This document shows, piece after piece, positions 51,511-64,000 of a DNA stretch of 64,000 bases; position 1 is the first letter of the stretch; the number at the start of each line of letters is the position of its first letter. This DNA comes from Callorhinchus milii (lineage: Eukaryota), in contig NW_024704742.1 in the NCBI RefSeq assembly GCF_018977255.1, forward strand, positions 95,730,001 through 95,794,000, read 5' to 3'. Made by a program: the position numbers and the translations under genes. The notes beneath the pieces are model-generated. The model saw only the letters and a program-made list of their open reading frames with translations, was not told the DNA's origin and searched no databases.

Positions 51511-53077
51511 CAGACTTCCTGTCTCTGGAGGCCTTATATCTGGGAGTGGAGAGTATTGTTTTCCGAAGTAAACACACTGAGGTGTGAATCTGCTGATGAT
51601 CTGTGGACATTGTCTGAAAGATAATGGCCAAGTTCATTCACACCTGAAATTGAATGTGTCCTTTGAAGCGTCCCTGAAACTTGAATGAATCATTTGTTAA
51701 ATTCAAAGAATTTGCCTAGTGTAGGCAGACCTCAAAGTGGTTTATCTCAAGAGGTGAAAGGGGAGAACCAGAGAACAAGTGAAAAGGTCAGAACAACATT
51801 GAGAGAGCGAGAGAGAGAGAACCTACCTGATTTGCTTGTTTGGTTTCTGTACTTTGAAGGAAAAGCACTGTACTAAGCAAAACAATTTATCGCTGAAACC
51901 TTCAATTTTTTCTATTGTATTCCATTGTTTTTACTTCCTACTTTTATAGTGCATAATGTAAAATATTAATTTAGCATTTTAAACAAATAATTTTTTTTTA
52001 TGAATTGATTTGAGCATATTTCCAGGCAGTCTTATCTCTGCCACTTTCAGTAACTGGGCTGCTCTGTCTGATGTCGGTCAATCTTTTGGATCCTCAAGTT
52101 CTAAATGCCACTGTGAAGAAACTATTTTGCCTTGTGCCAGTCACAGTAATTCATAAGATCAATTAGATAGAGTTCAGTTTCTATTTATGGACATGCATTT
52201 TAAATAAACTGTGCATGATGCCCTCAGTACAGGTAATTTAAAAAAATTCTACATTATAATCCTGCATTACCTTCCAATCCCCAAATACCTCTGCATCATC
52301 ATGGTGAATGTTAATGATTCCTGATAGTCATATCAATCAAAGTGTATTCATATTTACTGGGATACAAATGGAAGATTTATGACTGATCATTAGTCTAATA
52401 GCATAAGTATGAAACCTTACATGAAATGTGACTTGCAGCATTACAAAGTGGTAAAAATGTCAGGCTGGATTACTTCAGTCAGCGTACCCATTAATTAGTG
52501 ATTTAATTTGTGTTTAGTCATTGTGCACTAATCTATTATGGCTGTGTTTAATTCAAATGAATGCGGAAAATGGCTTGCAATTATGTTAAAACAAGCAGTG
52601 CTGATAAACGATCTATCCAGTAGTGCCAGAAATAGGATATGTATTCTTAGTGTTTAACCCTAAACCACACCTTTTGATTATGAAATTGTAGAATTCAGGT
52701 TAAAACAACTTAAATCCTTCAATTGACAGAATTTATTGTCATGCCTAAGTGGAAAGCTTGCCTTTCTCCCACCTGTTCCACAAAATCACCAATCCCACTT
52801 TTTAAATCGTTTTTTGCATTCAGATTTGAATTTGTTCGTCTAACTCAGCAGTGCTTCTGAGCTTCACAATGAACATCCCCACCACACCCCAGGATTAACA
52901 TAATGATAGGAACTGAAGATTACTCTGTTCTGTTTCTGCTCCCAATCACAACAATAGCAGGAAATCACAGGGATCATTGTTTGAGTACAGATAAAAGTAA
53001 GACCAGTTTAACTCAATTGGTATCCTGTGAATTGCTGGCTCCAAACTCGAAACAATAATTCGGGGCCAACTAAGTGT

Positions 53078-53365
53078 CAACAACAACAACAACAATATTA
53101 CATTTGTTTAGCGCATTTCACGTTGGGAGGACGTCCCAAGGCGCTGGACAGACAGAGTTTTGGACCCGAGTTTGGGGTCGGGATCAGGAAGGGTGGAGGG
53201 CAGGGGGGAAGCAGGAAGATTGAAAGTACTGGTTGAAGAGGAGGATCATGAGATGGGTCTTGAAGGAAGCAAGGCAGGGGGCGAGGTGGAGAGACTGCGA
53301 GATGGAATTCCAGAGGATGGGAACAGAGTGGCAGAAGGTCCGCCCACCAATACTGGGGTGAACGA
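53078..53365 (-). mobile_element. L2 3' fragment
   Basis: Tail and 3' UTR matching 31148-31420. Confidence 0.9.
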
Positions 53366-53918
53366 GTCAATATGGGGAAGAATGTTTTCAAATCAGCCTT
53401 TATGCCAAAGTTAAGGGGTATTTAGTTCTACAGACATTCTTTAGGAATGGATGAAATTATGCAATGTTAGCACATCAAATCTCTAACGAAATACAAAATC
53501 ATTCACTCCAAAATATTAGAGGTACACAGGTACATTCATGAGGCTTCAGGGTATAAGAAAAAGTAGTTTTGTATTTCTGGTAGGGAAGTAGGGCCTCAGT
53601 ATATATTATATTCTTACATTTCATATAGTGCCTTTCACATTGGGAGGATGTCTGATATCGATTTATCACAGGATTTATTATGAAGTGTAGTGACTGTGTA
53701 TTTTATAGACGAGCACAGCAGCCAATTTGGACACAGCAACAGACTTATTTAAAAAGCAATTTGATGCTCTGATGGAGGAATATTCTGGATGGATGATATC
53801 AGATGGGCCAAAGAGCCTTGAGATTTTGCCGTGTCCCACAAACAGCCATGAAATAGATGGCCAATTTTGTCCTGGGGTTTGATGGCCAGAGCACCATGAG
53901 AAACGGCCTTCTGCACGT

Positions 53919-54612
53919 ATAATAATAATAATAATCCTTGCATTTGATATAGCACTTTATCACGTCACTGATACATCTCAATGCGCTTCACAGGATGTAC
54001 TGTAAAGTGAATTGATTGTATATATTATGGGTGAAATGTGGCAGCTAATTGTGCACAGCAATGTCCCACAAATACAACAACAACAACAAGATTCCATTTA
54101 TAAAGCGCCTTTCACGTCAGGAGGACGTCCCAAGGCGCTGCACAGTTGGGTCATGACCCGAGCAGGGGGGAAATGGTCAGGGTGAGGGGAGGGAAGGGAG
54201 GGAGCGAGGAGGGGGGAAATGGTCAGGGTGAGGGGAGGGAATGGAGGGAGCGAGGAGTGGGAAGAGAGTCGAGAGGGGAGCTGAAGGCACGGTCAAAGAG
54301 AAAGGTTTTGAGACCGGCCTTGAAGGAGGAAAGGGAGGAAGCAAGGCGAAGGTACTGGGGGATGGAGTTCCAGAGCCTGGGGGCTGAAATAGTCATGGAT
54401 TGAGTGACCAAACTATTTTTATTTTTTAAAAGGAATAATTACCTTTTAAGGCGATCCACCAATCAACTAACAACCGTGTTCCTACTTATTGCTAGGTAAA
54501 CAGAGGCGTGTGAGATAAGGAAATTTGCCTACGGTTTTGGCTTGCCCAGGAATTGAATCCGGGTCCTCTCGCTTGCAAGGCGAGTGCTCTAACCACTAAG
54601 CTGAGGGACTCC
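53919..54612 (-). mobile_element. Long-subfamily SINE split by an L2 3' fragment (54075-54386)
   Basis: SINE tail 53919-54074, head 54387-54612; AAATA duplicated at both L2 junctions. Confidence 0.9.
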
Positions 54613-57439
54613 GACTTTCTGACTCAGATGCAGGAGTGATACCAACTGAGACAGTTTGTCACAAAGTCAATCCCAAATACTATCCATCCCCAAAAGTATA
54701 CTGCAAGTATTAATAAGTATCAGATTTGACTATCAATCCACTCTTGGCATTCATATTAACCAATTTCTAGAAATCAGACTGAACTGCAGAACCTATATTG
54801 ATAGTTATACTGTTCCATATTTTAACTATACTTGGTTTGAGTGGTACTTCCCACATCCTGAGCTAGATAATTATTGGTTAAATGGGGTACATAATAAACT
54901 CTTATTGATCTCAGTTGATAAATTAATATTTGAATAGTTCAAGCAGATTCAATTCTGTTTCGAGCTATATTGAGACTAATGGAAAACCCATTTCTATCCT
55001 CTTTGCTAAACAACAAAACAATTTACTTGAGAGAAAAGTGTGGATTTGCAGTTACAGTAAATTGCATTTTTTGCTGTTATCCGCTCCCTTCTCCTTAGTG
55101 TAACAATAATAAATTGAACAATGCATTACCACATTACTGTTAATAGAAAAGACTGGAAAAAAAGCCACAGTAGTCGTCAGTGAGATACAATGGACCATTA
55201 AAATTCCAATCAATTGGAATTAGGTTTTGTTCCAAATGAAATGATTTATTGTTTCCCATTACCTCAATTCTTATTTATAAACCCCTCGCTTGACACAGAT
55301 TTATTAATGGCAAAGACTTGTGTGGAAATATGAAAGATTTATAGCTGCTGCAGTATACACCATTTGTACACAAAGCACACAGCCTTCCTGCCAGTCCCCT
55401 CTCCTATCTGCTGTGTGGCAGTACACTTTTAGTAATCGGGAACTGATGTTAGGGATTAAAGGAAACAAGATGTCACTAAAGCTGGGCAAAAAAAATAGGT
55501 TTATATATAAATACAACGGTTGTTTAATCTGTTTCTAGGCCTCCTCCTCTTCCCCTCCCCTCTCCCAATTCCAAAAAGGTGCTTTGTGTCAGACGTTATC
55601 GAATTACACTTTAATTTTCATCTGGAAGCGAGGGATCATAAAGGAGTATTAGAATGCACTCAGCACGGATTAGCTGAGGGATGTCTGCGGCCAAAGGCTG
55701 ACTGTACAAATCCTGTGCTTGAGAAGGGAATAAACACATCTATGCTTCATCCCATCATCCTTCCTGCTTTTAGTTCTTCCTCATCCATTTCTAAAGGGCT
55801 GTCAGGCCTTTCGCACTTCATACAAAAGCTTTTAATAACTGCTACAATGAAGCTCTGTAATACTCTCCCAGACAAGATCTCCTTCCATCAACTTTTCCTT
55901 GCCAAAATTGAATACGATTTTTTTCAAAGAGATGTCCATAACATAAAGGCTGTGTTGTTGGAGAATCCTTATTTAGTGTATTACCGTGCGAATGTTGTAC
56001 TGCACATGGAACCTTGCTTATAAAATGAGAAAAGAGCAAAGAAGTAACTTCAACCAATAGTCCAGAAAAGCAAAGGTTTCTTTGTGAGATAGCCTGCTGA
56101 TAACCAACAGCTCCTCTCAGCACGATGAACAAGTGTATAATGGCTTTAGCAGTTCTAAACTGTATTATGCAGATTATTGATTTAAGGTCATCCCATGAGA
56201 TTAGACTGTAGGGGTTTGTCAAATTAAAAGGAAAATCTAAGCACTTGCTACAAAAAGTAATACGGCATTACCACAGTTGCAGTGAAGGTTTTAGATTTAC
56301 ATTACAGTAAATATCCACGTGTGCTTTATTGCTGTGTTTTACTGATTCTCCCCCTGAGATCTGGAAGAACAATGTTTTCCAGTTACTATATCCCATGCAG
56401 TTAAAACCCACTAACTACTTCTGTGTTTCACCTTCATCTGTTAACTGACAGTAATGGCCAGTCACATTTAAGAGATAACTCCTGTTTGTCAGGAGTCTAT
56501 AATAAGGCAATAAACTGCTCCTTGCACTGATTAAATGCAGAGGTCACAGATGTGAGTTACGACTTTAACCCAAGTGAAGGAGCTAAAAACTGCTGAAATA
56601 ATAAAGTCTGTTCCTGTTAGATGGGGTCTCAGTAACAAAAAAAGTCACTTTTTTTTAAAAAAAGCTATTTTTGGCATACTTTTTTGCAAATGAAAGTTAT
56701 AAAATCAAAACCAAATTCCTGAGAAAGTCACTTTGATATCAGGAACACTTCTTCAATTGATATCTGAGAACATCTCTGCTGATCAGCGTTCCACAGATTA
56801 GCTACTGCTAAAGATTTTGAGTCTATTTACCTATGTGTGCCATCCAATAACAGTTAGCCCTATTACCCTCCACCTGCTCTGTCAATGGCATGTGATTATG
56901 TAATTCAACAATATACACAAATGTAACTGCAAATCTAGATCCTAGTGGAAATTCTCTCTCCAGCTTTTGACTTATAAGCCAAAGTTTTCTTTTAAGCAAC
57001 TGAATTTAGAAATGTACCCTAGTTTTAATTATCACACTGTTAATGCTATCCACAATAGGACTATATGCTCGATATAAATGGTTTGATATATGCTTGACAC
57101 CTTTCTTCCAGTCATAAGGAAAGATCTGTTTTCTAATCAACTTTGTTTTCTCATGCAAATTAACTCTTTAGAGCAGAATTCATTAATGGACTTCTTCCCA
57201 GAATGGCAATTCAATCTCCGATGTTTGTAAAGATATAACTTATGTTTTTTCAATTGTTAATAACTTTTCATTCCCTCAGTGAGGGCAGGTACAATCGTAA
57301 CATGCTAAAGGAATGCCAAGGACACAAAAAGACATGAGACGGTTTAACTCTCAACCAGTTGTTGCTGACTATGTGGTGAAAAATGCAGTAATGTCAAGTG
57401 ATGATTGTCACATCATGAGACATTGCACTCCTGCAGATG

Positions 57440-57670
57440 TCTGGAGATGATATTTCACTTCTGGAGTTGTTCCCTCATCTTGTTCAAAATCTGTTTCGAG
57501 ACCTACCTCTTTGACCCTGTTTTTGATCATCATTCCCCTACCCACCCATTCAGCACCCACCCCCACCTCAGGATCCCAGCCAGCACTGTTAAGCACCTTG
57601 GGACATGCTCACTATGTGAAAGATGCTGTATAAATGTAAATTTGCATTGTATTTTATGTCTCTGTTGATG
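57440..57670 (+). mobile_element. Old L2 3' fragment
   Basis: FKICFETYLFD; AAGCACCTTGGGAC..TGTGAAAGATGCTGTATAAATGTAA tail. Confidence 0.7.
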
Positions 57671-58689
57671 GTTGTTACAGGGGTAACGCCTTCTCTCCAA
57701 CTTTGTTCAAATGGGTGGGCCAACAAGCCGGTTGCTGCAGTCAGCTTACGGCACCCAATGCTGTAGTTAAGCCATTATAATCTGAATTTGCACTGAAATG
57801 CTTGGATCCATATGGCAGCAGGTCCAAAGCCACCACCAGCCACTCCAATGGCTCATTTGCTGGGTTTGGGTGAAAGAAACTCATTTGAACAGTCATGGGA
57901 GGGGACGGATTCAGGAGTTGGTGGAGGGGAAAGGTCATCTGCAGGAGTCATCGACTTGGGAAATCTCTGGAGCGGAATGTCCCACAATAATATTATCTCA
58001 TTACATCACACAAAGTTGGAGCGCTTGGACTAAACCAGATAGAGTTCACTAACATTTGGTGCCAGTACTGCTCATACTTGGGAACAATGACAATCTTGAT
58101 ACCCTGTTTATTTTATCCAAATGATGTATATGTGGTACAAAGGGAACAGCAAAGGCAGAGACTGGCCTGAAACATGAGCAGCTTTGACCTTACTACTTCA
58201 TTCATAATAAATCAAAGTATTGAAAGTACTGAATGGCACCAAAGCACAAATACAATTGTGTTGGACAAGTAAATATTTAATGATGTGAACAGTTAAATCA
58301 CCCACTTAGCCCAACCACTCCCCTTTCCTTTGCTTCCTCTAGTACAAAGCCTGATTGTGTGTATGTAATAGAATTTGCACCTTATACAGATCCAATACCA
58401 AGCTTTGACCTCTACCAACTAGGGCTTGTTTATTTTTTAATGCATGGTAGCGTCTCCTCTTGAACGCAGGAGCAACAAACTGGGCTTATCTCTCCACCCT
58501 GAGAATTAGCTTTAAAGTAGAAACTAATAGGTAAATAATAGATCTATTAATGAGCTCGCTAGCTTTCATTTTTGTGTTAATGCGCTCATGGAGCCTACCC
58601 TGTGTGAGGGGTGCTATATAAATGCTAGTTGTTGTTATCTAATGCATGGGGCTGCCAATGGAGCTGTGGGGTTCAGAATTTGAAGCAGC

Positions 58690-58880
58690 TATGGAAGAAC
58701 AGCAAGGCATCAAAAAAAACTTTCCAGTGGCAGAACAGCAGGCACTGGTAGTAAATAAGGAGGGACTGTTCGGGGGCAGACTCGCAGTATTGCAAGCCAG
58801 AGAAAGGCTTTATGTAAGACCAAGTGCTCAGTCAAGGAAATCTAATACAATCGAGTCGCCCAAATTCTTCAGACTTTTTT
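58690..58880 (+). pseudogene. Possible decayed Myb/SANT-like (Harbinger ORF type) sequence
   Basis: KKNFPVAEQQALV..NKEGLFGG resembles the K.NFS..E...LV......LFG N-terminus of Harbinger/NAIF1-type Myb proteins. Confidence 0.35.
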
Positions 58881-59296
58881 TTTGTCCTTACTCCATCTCA
58901 GTACATAAAATTTAGCAGTTGGATCATGCATCATGCCTTCATCAGTCTCTCTGTTTCTTACTTTCTCTTTCTCCTGTTAGTGTAAGCAGAGAGCTGGCAT
59001 GTCATCAGAGATCCATTTTGATCATGATCACTGGGGCGAGGTGCACCAATTGATGATAGTGCGGGTACATTAGGCTGGCGCTGCATGTGGGTGAAGCGAG
59101 TTCTGTATAACAGGTAATTTACAGAATAAAGGAAATTCAGAGCATTAGAATTTATTGCAGGCGTTCTTTCATTTTAAGTTTTAACCAACTGAGCTGAAGT
59201 GTTTTTTTTTACAAAGGGGAAGAATGGACATTCTCCCAGGATCTTCTCTATCTATTCACTCTTTGTGAACACTCTTTGTGAACAGGCCAGGCCAAC

Positions 59297-59465
59297 ATCA
59301 ACAACAAATTACATTTCATGTCAGGAGGACATCCCAAGGTACTGGACAGTCAGGAATTTAGACCCGAGCTAGGCGTTGGGATCAGGGGAGCGGTAAGGGA
59401 AGGGGCAAGAGGTGACTGAGAGCACAGTCGAAGAGGAGGGTCTTGAGATGGGGGTTGAAGGCCAG
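59297..59465 (-). mobile_element. L2 3' fragment
   Basis: Tail plus GTCGAAGAGGAGGGTCTTGAGATG. Confidence 0.85.
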
Positions 59466-59599
59466 GCGGATATATAATTAGAGTATTGGATTGTTGAGAG
59501 CAGAGAATAAAGGAGTTACTTAATACACCAGTGTTGTATTAAGGCTAGGCCAGGTGTAAATAACTATTAAGAAAGAGCAAGTGAAATAGAAACATGAAG

Positions 59600-59885
59600 T
59601 AGAAAAGGATCTTGGGAAGGCCAGGCCAAGTTGTCACTGAAGATCCCATGATACTTATTCGAAAGTGATGAGAGTTTCTTCCTATGTCCTGGCCAATAAT
59701 TGTGCAAATGTAATTGATAATTAATTTCAGGGTTGTTGTGGAACTTTGCAAATTGGCTGCCATGTTTGCCTACAAAATACACAGTCGCTACATTCTACGA
59801 TAAATCCTTTAAAGTGCTTTGAGACATTTGAGTCATTTTGATCACATGATAAGGTGCTATATCATAAGCAAGGATTATTATTATT
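59600..59885 (+). mobile_element. Deu-domain SINE 3' part
   Basis: AAGATCCCATG..TGTCCTGGCCAA..GCAAATTGGCTGCC..GGATTATTATT. Confidence 0.8.
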
Positions 59886-60398
59886 GCAAAATGTATTTCA
59901 ATGTCTTTGAGATGGTATATCAATGTATTAATGCGATCTATTGTTTCAAATACTGACATTGCTATTGATGCTGATTCCCTGTAATTACTGGTCCTATTCA
60001 GTGAAGTGCTTAGTTAGTTCCTGACTCTATGAGTCTCCTTTCTGTGAACCATGACAAGTAGCAGCAGAGGACAATCAAAGAGAAATGAAATGAGATGTGA
60101 AGTGTTTGCCCCTGGACAGGAGCCTGAGTACCCACAAGTTAGGTGACTCAGGCTACTTTTCAAATGCTCTCCAGTCACTTGAGATGATTGCCTTGCTCAG
60201 ACAATAATATGTCCTTGTTACCATGGAGACTAATGTGCCGAACACCTATAATCCTCATAAGACATTAGTCTGGATGAAAAATGATTACTGTATTTTCACA
60301 TTGCATTTGATGCTGTCACAGATCAAGACTAGTCACATTAGCAAACTTTTCTTCAAAGAGACAATTTGTTTTTTCACAGAAGTTCTGGGTATCCAGCC

Positions 60399-60720
60399 AT
60401 AATAATAATAATAATCCTTGCATTTGATATAGCGCTTTTTACGTCGGGAGGACGTCCCAAAGTGCTTCACAGAATATACTGTAAAGTGAATTGACTGTAT
60501 ATTTGTGGGCGAACGCGGCAGCCAATTGCGCACAGCAGTGTCCCACAAACAGTCATGGATTGAAAATGACCAATTTATTATTGTTTTTTTTGTTTTGGAG
60601 GGATTATTATTAGACGTGTGGAGTAAGGAAACTTGCCCAAGGTTTCGCCCTCTGCCTGGAATTGAACTCAGGTCTCTCACTTGCAAAGCGAGTGCTCTAA
60701 CCACTGAGCTACAGGACTCC
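60399..60720 (-). mobile_element. tRNA-Ala SINE, full length, short subfamily
   Basis: Near identical to 25513-25829. Confidence 0.95.
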
Positions 60721-61073
60721 ACACACCAGATGAGACTTCACTAAATATTAAGCAGACTAAGTATTTTTCCATATTGGTGACCGATTTACCCCTGCTTCTT
60801 GCTTATTTTCAACCAATGTTAGGAAGATTCATTGGGACTAATAACCAATTTTAAAAGCTTAGTGAGATGTGAGAGATACCATTTTTCACAAAGACTCATC
60901 TGACTGACCAAATAATGTTCTATTTCAAAGACATTGAGTTAACATCATATATACTATATCTATATATGATATTATGTACCTATATTACCTATTGTCTATG
61001 TGTGAGTCCATACCATTTTTCTGATCTAGAAAGTTTTACTTTGATGGAAACAGAAAGCAGTATTTTCGCCTTT

Positions 61074-61584
61074 AAAATGCAGAGTTATTACATTTTACAC
61101 TATAAAGCATTTTGGGATATGCTACTGATATGAAAAGGCGTTATATCAAATTCAAGGATTATTATCATAAAAGGGAGAGGGAATTCCTCTTAGTATTAAC
61201 AACATTGATTTTGGAAAAATATCAGCCAAGGTTCCTGTTCCTGATCACTGTCCAGAGACCCCAACTGAGACGTGCAGACGTTTCATGTCAGGAGAGGGCA
61301 AGGTCATAGAGTGATCAAATGAGACCCTAACACTCACTATCAAATCTCACAAAACTGAGATATCTGCCGTGCCTGTTGTCCACAGAGACTGAAGCGGAGA
61401 GAAAAAAAAACTAATTGCCTTGAGGAGAGGATGAGGAGGGGAGAAAATTGGAAGAGAAAATGCAGAGTTACTACACTTTACACTATAAAGCATTTTGGGA
61501 TGCTACTGATGTGAAAAGCCGTGATATCAAATTCAAGGATTATTATTATAAAAGGCATTATATCAAATTCAAGGATTATTATTG
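61074..61584 (+). repeat. ~100-bp direct repeat (61074-61174 / 61457-61555) of a SINE tail
   Basis: Both copies share private variants (AAATTCAAGG; shortened middle). Confidence 0.9.
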
Positions 61585-62194
61585 CCAAAAGAATTGGCAA
61601 GATATAAAAAGTGTTACTGACAAGCTAGTGGGACTGTCCGAACTTTAACATTTAAAGGTTCCCGTCACACTGGCTGCAGTTACACTAGAGCTGGTGTTAG
61701 TCTGAAGCAATGCCAGATTGTCTTAAGCCAAATTGATGTTGTAAATCCACAGTTATACCCCAGGCTTTGCTTTAATTCAATGAATTTTTCATGTTGAAAT
61801 GCCACAAAGCATGAAGTGTAACTGTACTAGGAAACATTTCAATCCATATTATTTGTTTTAAACATTTCAAGTGAATGAGTAGCGTGTGGCTGATAGATCA
61901 AGCCTTGGGCTACTTGAATGCTAAAAGCTTGACTTTCCATTCCTAATAGTCTTTTTAATAGGAATATAGTGGCAGGGGTTTGCCAGACTCAGGGTGATCC
62001 CATTATAACATCATGTTTTATGTCTGTAAAATTAGATCACGCATCAATAATAATAATAATAATAATCATTGCATTTGGTATGGTCCCTTTCATGTCGGAA
62101 GAACATCCTGAAGTGCTTCACAAGATTTACTGTGCATTTGTAGGCAATGCAGCAGTCTATTTGCTCACAGGGATGTCCCACAAGCAGCCATAAA

Positions 62195-62840
62195 ATCATA
62201 GAATCATAGAATTATACAGCACAGAAGGAGGCCGTTCGGCCCATCGTGTCTGTGCCGGCTCTTTGAAAAGAGCTATCCAATTCAATCTCACTCCCCCGCT
62301 CTCTTCCCATAGCCCTGCAAACTTGTCCTCCCCAAATAAGTAGGATTGTACCATCTAGCTTATATTGCCTCTCCTCATTCTTCCTACCAAAATGCATTAC
62401 TTCGCACTTCTCCACATTAGACTTCACCTGCCACGTATCTACCCGTTTTATCAGTCTGACTATATCCTCTTGCAGTCTGTTACTATCCTCCTCACTGTTT
62501 GCTACTTTTCCTAGCTTCATATCATCTGCAAATTTGGAAATTGTACAGCCTATACCCAAGTCTAGGTCATTTATATGGATCAAAAGAGCAGTGGTTCCAA
62601 TACCGACCCTTGGGGAACACCACTGCACACTTCCCTCCAGTCAGAAAAACAAGCGTTCACCACCACTCTCTGCTTTCTGGCTCCCAGCCAGTTCTGTATC
62701 CATGCTGCCCCTGTCCCTTTAATACAATGAGCTTCTATTTTGCTTACAAGTCTCTTATGTAGCACCTTATCGAAAGGATTTTGAAAATCCATATAAACTA
62801 CATCAACTGCACTACCTTCATCCACCCTCTGCATTACTTC
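62195..62840 (-). mobile_element. CR1 LINE: RT core joined directly to 3' UTR
   Basis: VDVVYMDFQNPFDKV, SGVPQGSVLEPLLF, ISKFADDMKLG; (ATTCTATG)n tail. Confidence 0.95.
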
Positions 62841-63249
62841 ATATATATATATAAATGACTAATTTTATTTGTGAGATCATTGGCAGTGACACTGGGAGAC
62901 ACTCCTTTCTTTATTGTAATAAAAATGAAAAAATGGCCGGGTTGTCCCTTTTTGGGAGTCGTCAGGTAACTGTCATTTCTGGTTCGTGGCATGGAGGAAT
63001 TCAACTAGTCAACCCACCACACTCTCAGGTGGAGCTCATGAAAGAGTGGAGACTGATTCACCAGGTTCCTGCACACTCAGGAAGCCTTTCCTCGATACTC
63101 CTTAATACTGGCCAGCATCATGTCCCCCACCTGATCCACCTCACTATTGGAGGGTGAGCTTTAATCCATCTTGCTCCAGTTCTGCAATGCTCCTAGGAAC
63201 TCCATCCCAGTGTCCCTCCGACTCACCACCAAACCCACCATAAGACATA

Positions 63250-63425
63250 CAAATAGGGCCTCGGTTTAATATCTTATCCAAAGGATGGCATCTTTGACAA
63301 TACAGCACACCTCCAGCACTGTATTGGAGTGTCAGCCTAAACTATGAGCTCAACGTCCTGGTGTGAGATGTGGGTTCTGAATGCACAACCTTTTAACTCA
63401 GAGATTGCTGCCAACTGAGACCAAC
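63250..63425 (-). mobile_element. Deu-domain SINE 5' part
   Basis: GGCCTCGGTTTAA..GGAGTGTCAGCCTA..ACAACCTTTTAACTCAGAG. Confidence 0.75.
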
Positions 63426-64000
63426 TGATTCAGTGCACAATTTCCTCCTCTTGGCACCCACATTCCTTCTCCATTTAGAAAAGCCGTAAGCAGTCTCTTA
63501 GGCCTCAGGCTTTCTTCCTGATCCACCATTGATAATGCTTCTTTGCAGCTACTGTAGCTGTTTCGCAAACAGGAAAGGCTAAAATGCCAGATTTTCTCCA
63601 CCTTCTCTCCCTGATGAAGCTAAGCCCACGGGTGAACAGCTGAACTGCGCCTGACCAAGTTGCACGCACTGGAGTGACAAGTATTGCTGTAACTCAAACG
63701 GTAATCTCATTGAGAATAAAGCAAATAAACACTTGAGTTACTGGGCCACCCAGCTTGGAAGGGGATACAAATAAATTGGTAAATTAATATATTACTAGAA
63801 GGATGTCTGAACCATATTAAGTTTGCTCAACACAGAAGTTAGATGTTTGAAAACTGAAGGAAACGTCCTGCGGCCATTTGCTACATTATATTTACTTCAA
63901 AAGGACCATTGTAATACATATCAAAAACGGCTTAAAGCTGTGCAGGTCCTGTCAGATGTAACAGATATGATAAATTATTAGTCTTTTCCTACTTTGCAAT

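Noticed and set aside
63608..63645. Hammerhead-like CTGATGAAG...GAACAGCTG
   Set aside because: No GAAA core and stem II is out of register

Overview
Eukaryotic, repeat-rich, essentially non-coding vertebrate DNA (intergenic or large-intron). The repeat content points to a cartilaginous fish, probably a chimaera/elephant-shark-like genome; this is inferred from recalled repeat families, not a search. I found no intact host gene, CRISPR array or prokaryotic system. Every recognisable ORF belongs to a decayed transposon: L2 and CR1 LINEs, a Penelope GIY-YIG end, and a possible Harbinger Myb/SANT relic. The window is dominated by a young tRNA-Ala(TGC)-derived SINE with an L2-type tail, an older Deu-domain SINE, about 20 L2 fragments and several CR1 fragments, many nested. 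Main points of interest: (1) minimal hammerhead-ribozyme motifs in the Penelope terminus and in a fold-back element built from two head-to-head copies of it; (2) a tRNA-Gly + CR1-tail chimera; (3) three multi-copy repeat families I cannot name, one with a conserved stem and an LF-SINE-like motif; (4) local templated duplications; (5) TE-poor enhancer-like blocks with candidate microexon/splice signals. Boundaries of decayed repeats are approximate (about +/-20 bp).
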